Assembly: GCA_963750415.1 (NCBI GenBank)
Contig: CAVVQX010000005.1
Span: 423,695-487,694 of the forward strand
Length of the DNA: 64,000 bases
Direction: 5' to 3'
Origin: an uncultured Acidobacteriaceae bacterium
GTDB lineage: Bacteria; Acidobacteriota; Terriglobia; Terriglobales; Acidobacteriaceae
Of this stretch, positions 59,140 through 64,000 are shown in pieces; within the stretch, counting starts at the first letter, position 1; each line of letters opens with the position of its first letter. Position numbers and translations under genes: made by a program. The notes beneath the pieces are model-generated. The model was not told where the DNA came from. It made no database searches and worked only from the letters and a program-made list of their open reading frames with translations.

Positions 59140-59589
59140 CTACCGCAACGAGGGAGCCGCGGTACCGGCGCGGCCATGCAGCGGGACGGAATTGGCGGTA
59201 TCCCGCAACCCGCTCCAGCCCTCGGCCACGATCAGAGAATTTCCCGGGTTGTGGGGGTCATAGCGCACAGAAGCGGGAAAGCCCAGGCGGCAATCGTAAA
59301 TGTTGACCAGGTGGCGCAACATGGTCACGTCCTGAGAGCATTCATAGACCACGCCGGCTGCCTCGTATTTATAGAGGATCAGCTGCATGCCATTGGGCCG
59401 CCCGCTCTCTTCTGCATTGAGGTCGGAGATATCAATGACGGTAGCGTCGATAATGCGTCCCTGCTGAACCAGCAGTTCGCGACGCTTGCGCTCCAATTCG
59501 TCGGGGCTGGGCCGGCGGCGAAGCAGCCCGTAAGCGGCTGCCCCCCCAACACAGAGTCCAACGGCGCCAAGCAGCGGCAAACTGTTCAT
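59140..59589 (-). CDS. Hypothetical membrane-anchored protein (DUF3592-like?)
   Basis: ATG 59589 gives MNSLPLLGAVGLCVGGAAAYGLL (TM segment) followed by a soluble domain. Immediately upstream of the CDF gene on the same strand. Family guess is weak. Confidence 0.45.
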   Translation of the reverse strand: MNSLPLLGAVGLCVGGAAAYGLLRRRPSPDELERKRRELLVQQGRIIDATVIDISDLNAEESGRPNGMQLILYKYEAAGVVYECSQDVTMLRHLVNIYDCRLGFPASVRYDPHNPGNSLIVAEGWSGLRDTANSVPLHGRAGTAAPSLR

Positions 59590-59712
59590 TGAGGCTCCGG
59601 CCAGAAAAAGGATTACACCATGCAGGATATCGCAGGCCAAGCCTCGCGGGGGGACCTGCGAGGGTGCTGGACCCCATTCGGCAACCCCCCGCCTGCGTTA
59701 TACTCGGGAGAG

Positions 59713-60336
59713 ATGTCCAACCGTTCGTCTGTTGTCCCATGCTCGACGGCGACCGCCGCTTCGAGGTCCGCTTCCAAAGCAAATTCCCGCTCCTCCGGCC
59801 GGCGTATTCGCTCGACTACCGTTTTGTGTGTCCGTCGAGATTCGAGCGTGGTGATGGCGGCCGATGGCCAGGTGACCCTGGGCGAGAGCGTGATCAAGCA
59901 TTCGGCGCGCAAGATCCGGCGGCTGTACCAGGATAAGATTCTGGCCGGCTTTGCCGGTTCGACGGCGGATGCCTTCTCGCTCTTCAGCCGCTTCGAGGCC
60001 AAGCTGGAACAGTACGCCGGTAACCTGGGCCGATCGGCCGTGGAACTGGCCAAGGACTGGCGCACGGATAAGATGCTGCGCAACCTGGAGGCGCTGCTGG
60101 TGGTTGCTGATCTGAAGCAGACCTTCCTGATCAGCGGCTCTGGCGACGTGATCGAGCCGGATGAGGGAATTGCGGCGATTGGGAGTGGGGGAAGCTTTGC
60201 CTTGGCGGCGGCCCGCGCCTTGGTGGAGAATTCCGATTTGCCGGCCCGGGCGATTGCAGAAAAGTCGTTGCGTATCGCCGGGCAGATCTGCATCTATACC
60301 AACGATCAAATTACGATCGAGGAATTGCACGGGTAA
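59713..60336 (+). CDS. hslV: ATP-dependent protease subunit HslV (with an unusual 34-codon N-terminal extension)
   Basis: [23 protein letters not shown]...GSGG, compared with E. coli MTTIVSVRRNG..DGQATLG from memory. GGGAGAG SD before ATG 59713. The ORF track start 59620 is further upstream. Confidence 0.9.
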   Translation: MSNRSSVVPCSTATAASRSASKANSRSSGRRIRSTTVLCVRRDSSVVMAADGQVTLGESVIKHSARKIRRLYQDKILAGFAGSTADAFSLFSRFEAKLEQYAGNLGRSAVELAKDWRTDKMLRNLEALLVVADLKQTFLISGSGDVIEPDEGIAAIGSGGSFALAAARALVENSDLPARAIAEKSLRIAGQICIYTNDQITIEELHG

Positions 60337-60545
60337 ACGCTTGCGGAAAGACTCGCCGGCTGAAGGGTACGGACTCTACAGTGTACGGAAAATTCGGATC
60401 GGGCAGAAAGCAATCCCCAGGTGCTAAAGCCCAAAATGCTTAGATCGCGTTTGCGCCGGGGATAAATTCCCGGCTTACCCTTCGTACGAGCTAAATGCTT
60501 GCCGCGGCGAGGTAGCCCGTACCCTTCACCAGCCAAAGGAGGAAC

Positions 60546-62072
60546 ATGGCGATCTTTTTACCAGGAACTGCAGAAGAGCTGGAACTGTCGCTCGAAGACC
60601 TTTCGCCACGAGAAATTGTGGCGGAGCTGGATAAGCACGTTGTCGGCCAGCGCGCCGCCAAACGGGCGGTGGCCATTGCACTGAGAAACCGGATGCGCCG
60701 GCAGAAGCTGCCTCCTGACATTGCCGAAGAAATCATGCCCAAGAACATCATCATGATTGGACCGACGGGCGTGGGCAAAACGGAAATAGCGCGCCGCCTG
60801 GCGAAGCTCACCAATTCGCCCTTTATGAAGGTGGAAGCCTCCAAGTTTACTGAGGTCGGTTACGTCGGGCGAGATGTGGAATCGATGATCCGCGACCTGG
60901 TGGAGATCGCAGTGGACATGGTGCGGGAAGAAAAACTCGAAGAGGTGGAAGACCGGGCCGAGCTCAACGCCGAAGAGCGCTTGCTCGACCTGCTGCTACC
61001 CCCCTCTCCCAGCCCTGCGGCGGGCACACCGGGCCCGGTGGCGGTGGACGGGAACAGCTTTCCCCCGGCAAGCCAGGAAAGCCACAACCGTACCCGGGAA
61101 AAGCTGCGGCAGCAGTTCCGCGAAAGCAAGCTGGACGACCGCACGGTCGAAATCGATGTGCGCGAGCGCAGCACTCCGTCGTTCGAGATCATTTCCAACC
61201 AGGGCATCGAAGAGATGGATATCAATCTCAAGGATGTGCTGCCTAACCTTTTCGGCCAGCGCACCAAGAAACGCAAGATGAAGGTCGGGGAGGCGTTCGA
61301 ATACCTGGTGCAGGAGGAAGAAACCCGTCTGGTTGACATGGACCAGGTAACACGGCTGGCGGTCGAGCGGGTAGAGAACTCGGGCATCATCTTTTTGGAC
61401 GAAATCGACAAGATTGCCGGACGGGAAGGCGGCCATGGTCCGGATGTGTCGCGCGAGGGCGTACAGAGGGATATTCTCCCCATCGTGGAAGGGACCACCG
61501 TCAACACCAGGTACGGGATGGTGCGGACGGATCACATTCTGTTTATCGCGGCAGGGGCATTTCATGTTTCCAAGCCGAGCGACCTGATTCCTGAGCTGCA
61601 AGGCCGGTTCCCTATCCGGGTTGAATTGCAATCGCTGACGGTGGAAGACTTCGTCCGCATTCTTACCGAGCCCAAGTCTTCTCTGACCAAGCAATACACG
61701 GCTCTGCTCGAAACCGAAGGGTTGAAGCTGAGGTTTACCAAGGAATCGTTGGAAGAGATGGCGCGGTTTGCTTTTCGGGTCAATGAGACCACGGAGAACA
61801 TCGGCGCCCGGCGGCTGCACACCATCATGGAGCGGGTGCTGGACGAGATCAGCTTTATGGCCCCGGATTTGATGAAGGGCCATTCCGCCGAAGGCGCGCT
61901 GCTCGAGATTGCAGCATCGGCTGCGGAAAACGGCGCTACTGTTCCCTTGCCCATCACCGAGGTGGAGACGGCGGACGGCCGGGAGCGGGTCGTCCTGATT
62001 GATCCGGAGTACGTGCGGGCGATGGTGGCATCGATCGTCAAGGACCAGGATTTGTCGCGTTACATTCTGTAG
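60546..62072 (+). CDS. hslU: ATP-dependent protease ATPase subunit HslU
   Basis: [62 protein letters not shown]-terminus. AGGAGGAAC SD. Confidence 0.95.
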   Translation: MAIFLPGTAEELELSLEDLSPREIVAELDKHVVGQRAAKRAVAIALRNRMRRQKLPPDIAEEIMPKNIIMIGPTGVGKTEIARRLAKLTNSPFMKVEASKFTEVGYVGRDVESMIRDLVEIAVDMVREEKLEEVEDRAELNAEERLLDLLLPPSPSPAAGTPGPVAVDGNSFPPASQESHNRTREKLRQQFRESKLDDRTVEIDVRERSTPSFEIISNQGIEEMDINLKDVLPNLFGQRTKKRKMKVGEAFEYLVQEEETRLVDMDQVTRLAVERVENSGIIFLDEIDKIAGREGGHGPDVSREGVQRDILPIVEGTTVNTRYGMVRTDHILFIAAGAFHVSKPSDLIPELQGRFPIRVELQSLTVEDFVRILTEPKSSLTKQYTALLETEGLKLRFTKESLEEMARFAFRVNETTENIGARRLHTIMERVLDEISFMAPDLMKGHSAEGALLEIAASAAENGATVPLPITEVETADGRERVVLIDPEYVRAMVASIVKDQDLSRYIL

Positions 62073-62170
62073 TGTGGGGCCACTCGGTGCGGCTGGAGTT
62101 GATACAACTCGGGGATGAAGGCTGACATCCCGGCTGCCCTACGCCGCAGAGTGGTGGAGGAACATCTGGG

Positions 62171-62250
62171 TGCCGCGCCTCTGGCGCTCGATCATGGTGG
62201 GGATCCCGACCCAGCCCTTCCGGGCTGGCCTGACCTTTAGCGGGCGGCCC
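62171..62250. repeat. About 80-90-nt repeat module shared with 7441-7530
   Basis: TGCCGC.CCTC.GGCGCTCGA...CCCAGCCCTTCCGGGCTGG.CTGAC.TT..GCGG.CGGCCCTC.GGGCC present at both sites. Contains the hairpin CCCAGCCC-TTCC-GGGCTGGG. Confidence 0.7.
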
Positions 62251-62425
62251 TCCGGGCCTTGAAGTGTCTGGTCCCAGAGGCAATCGCTCCCAGCCACCCT
62301 CTTTGGGCGCGGCGGTAGGTTCTGCCTTTTGTCTCTAGAGAACCATTCCCCTTTTTCCGCACCCTGTGAAGTCGCTCCCTGATACAAAGCGCCGGCGCGG
62401 TCGGTAAACGGCGGTCAGTTCAGCT

Positions 62426-63172
62426 CTAGGGAACGTGCAGCGGCCGGGCGTCGAAGTGGAGGTTGGGCAGTTCTTCTACTGCCCGGCGCAAGGCTTGCTC
62501 CCAGCGGGCGTGCATCCGACCGAGCTCGGGATCGTCGGCCTCGAAGCGGCGGTAGCGGTCGAAGTCCAGGCGGTCGTTTTGGTAGAGCAGAATCTCAAGG
62601 GGCGGCCCGACGGTTACATTCGAGCGCATCGCGGCGTCGAGGGAAAGCAGTGCGTAGGTCCCCGCTACGTCCAGGGTGGTGGAATCAAACTCAATGCCTC
62701 TATCGAGGATCGGCCGGCCGTATTTAACTTCACCGATCTGCAGGTAAGGAGAGTCTTCAGTCGCACTTAGGGGGTTTCCCTGGGGATAGATTAGAAACAG
62801 GTTTGGTTTTTCACCCCTGACCTGACCTCCCAGCAGGAGGTGGATGTTGAATTTGAAATCGTCCTTCTCCAGGGCAGCCCGATCCAGATCCGAGACCCGC
62901 CGAACCATATCACCCACAACGCGGGCGGCTGCATACATGGTGTCCGCCTTCGCCAAGCCTTCCCCGGCCGCGAAGTCATCCCGCAAAAGGGTGATCACAG
63001 ACTGAGTAAGAGACAAGTTTCCACTGGTCAGAATGACAAAAGCCCGTTCTCCCGGCTGAAGAAAGGTGTGCATTTTGGGACAGACATTTACCTGGTCAAA
63101 GCCGGCGTTGGCCCGGGAATCGGAGGCCATCACCAATCCTTCTCTGGTCATGATGCCCAGACAATAGGTCAT
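62426..63172 (-). CDS. Anbu-type proteasome homologue (peptidase T1, 'proteasome-type protease')
   Basis: MTYCLGIMTREGLVMASDSRANAGFDQV... has Thr at position 2 and the SDSRTNAG-like motif characteristic of Anbu, as I recall. 248 aa. Confidence 0.85.
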   Translation of the reverse strand: MTYCLGIMTREGLVMASDSRANAGFDQVNVCPKMHTFLQPGERAFVILTSGNLSLTQSVITLLRDDFAAGEGLAKADTMYAAARVVGDMVRRVSDLDRAALEKDDFKFNIHLLLGGQVRGEKPNLFLIYPQGNPLSATEDSPYLQIGEVKYGRPILDRGIEFDSTTLDVAGTYALLSLDAAMRSNVTVGPPLEILLYQNDRLDFDRYRRFEADDPELGRMHARWEQALRRAVEELPNLHFDARPLHVP

Positions 63173-63257
63173 TATTCATCTCCAAGCTGCATGCTAGAGC
63201 ATTTTCCGTGTGTACCGACCGGGATTGTCTGATAGTTTTTCAGCATCATAATTTTTG

Positions 63258-63274
63258 CGACAAGGACCTTGTCG
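63258..63274. promoter_or_regulatory. Perfect 17-bp palindrome in the divergent Anbu/transglutaminase intergenic region (candidate operator)
   Basis: CGACAAGG-A-CCTTGTCG read directly from the sequence. A further TGTCG half-site-like copy lies 6 nt downstream. Confidence 0.3.
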
Positions 63275-63341
63275 TTCCTGTCGAACCTGCCCGGGGGATA
63301 CCCTGGGCACTTCGCTTCAGGGGCTCGATTGAGGGAGTGCA

Positions 63342-64000
63342 ATGCTTATTCGCTTAGGTTATGACATTGGTTTCAACATTCCGGCTCCCGTGACGATTGT
63401 CGCGATGCTGCATGTGCACCCCTCGCGAGAGCCGGACCTGCTCGAGCCAGACGAGCTGACACTGGACCCTCAAGTACCGATTTCCAGCTACATCGATACC
63501 TTCGGCAATCGATGCTCAAGATTCGTAGCTCCTGCCGGACACATAAGGCTGACTGGTTCTACTCTTATTGAAGACTCGGGTTTGGAAGATCCTGCGCCGA
63601 TCGATGCAACCGAACATCCGGTAGCGGATTTGCCCAACGAAACGCTGATCTATTTGCTCAACAGCCGTTATTGTGAGGTCGATCGACTCTCCAATGTAGC
63701 CGTAGAGCTATTTGGCGATCTGACGCCAGGATGGGGCCGCGTTCGGGCTATCTGCGAATGGGTCTATTCGAAGGTGGCTTTTGGCTATCAACATGCCCGA
63801 TCCACCAAGACGGCGCTCGATGTGTTTACCGAGCGAGTTGGCGTATGCCGCGACTTTCAGCACCTGGCAGTGACCTTTTGCCGGGCCGTCAATATCCCGG
63901 CCCGTTATGTGACCGGATACCTGGGGGATATAGGGATACCTCCCACTTACACGCCGATGGACTTCAGCGCGTGGTTTGAGGTCTACCTGGCAAACCGCTG
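63342..64000 (+). CDS. Transglutaminase-like protein (Bact_transglu_N + transglutaminase core); the C-terminus lies beyond the window end
   Basis: Not in the ORF track because there is no stop in the window. My translation: MLIRLGYDIGFNIPAPVTIVAMLHVHPSR...ERVGVCRDFQHLAVTFCRAVNIPARYVTGY (catalytic Cys motif GVCRDF). GAGGGAG SD before ATG 63342. Confidence 0.85.
   Translation, partial: MLIRLGYDIGFNIPAPVTIVAMLHVHPSREPDLLEPDELTLDPQVPISSYIDTFGNRCSRFVAPAGHIRLTGSTLIEDSGLEDPAPIDATEHPVADLPNETLIYLLNSRYCEVDRLSNVAVELFGDLTPGWGRVRAICEWVYSKVAFGYQHARSTKTALDVFTERVGVCRDFQHLAVTFCRAVNIPARYVTGYLGDIGIPPTYTPMDFSAWFEVYLANR

Overview
This is a 64-kb bacterial chromosomal segment. A few 60-nt lines counted by hand inside core genes gave about 60-67 % GC. 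The gene content and several families of palindromic intergenic repeats suggest Acidobacteriota (Terriglobia-like); that is inference only.

I support about 53 CDS, mostly housekeeping:
- class V aminotransferase (partial), YqeY, RNase HI
- an ECF sigma / anti-sigma / PDZ / radical-SAM row
- DsbA-like oxidoreductase, EF-G paralogue, TolC, beta-carbonic anhydrase, MFS transporter
- a large secreted DUF11 protein and a 1213-aa Ser/Thr kinase with TPRs
- APC permease plus adenosine deaminase, PcrA/UvrD, LOG, an esterase
- DUF971, TauE, RlmI-like methyltransferase, RelA/SpoT, RidA, MsrB
- ribosomal proteins L28, L21 and L27
- GyrB, an orphan OppF-like ATPase, Hsp20, ClpB, M29 aminopeptidase
- PrfA/PrmC, ATP-dependent DNA ligase, CDF transporter, HslVU
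- an Anbu-type proteasome homologue facing a transglutaminase-like gene (partial)

I recognised no rRNA, tRNA, CRISPR array, transposase or integrase.

No large, obviously novel multi-gene system is visible. The best candidates are small AT-shifted islands:
1. A zinc-ribbon protein translationally coupled to a tandem-domain DCD-type dCTP-deaminase homologue (31275-32769).
2. A minimal Fic protein with a small upstream partner (55028-55882).
3. A signal-peptide His/Cys mini-protein next to a 7-TM protein (42536-43730).

Also notable are the Anbu/transglutaminase locus beside hslVU, an HslV with a forced 34-codon N-terminal extension, and at least four families of MITE/REP-like repeats that fill most long intergenic gaps and create many spurious ORFs.

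All calls come from reading the sequence and ORF translations by eye. Repeat coordinates are good to about +/-2 nt. Family names are from memory and need HMM or BLAST confirmation.
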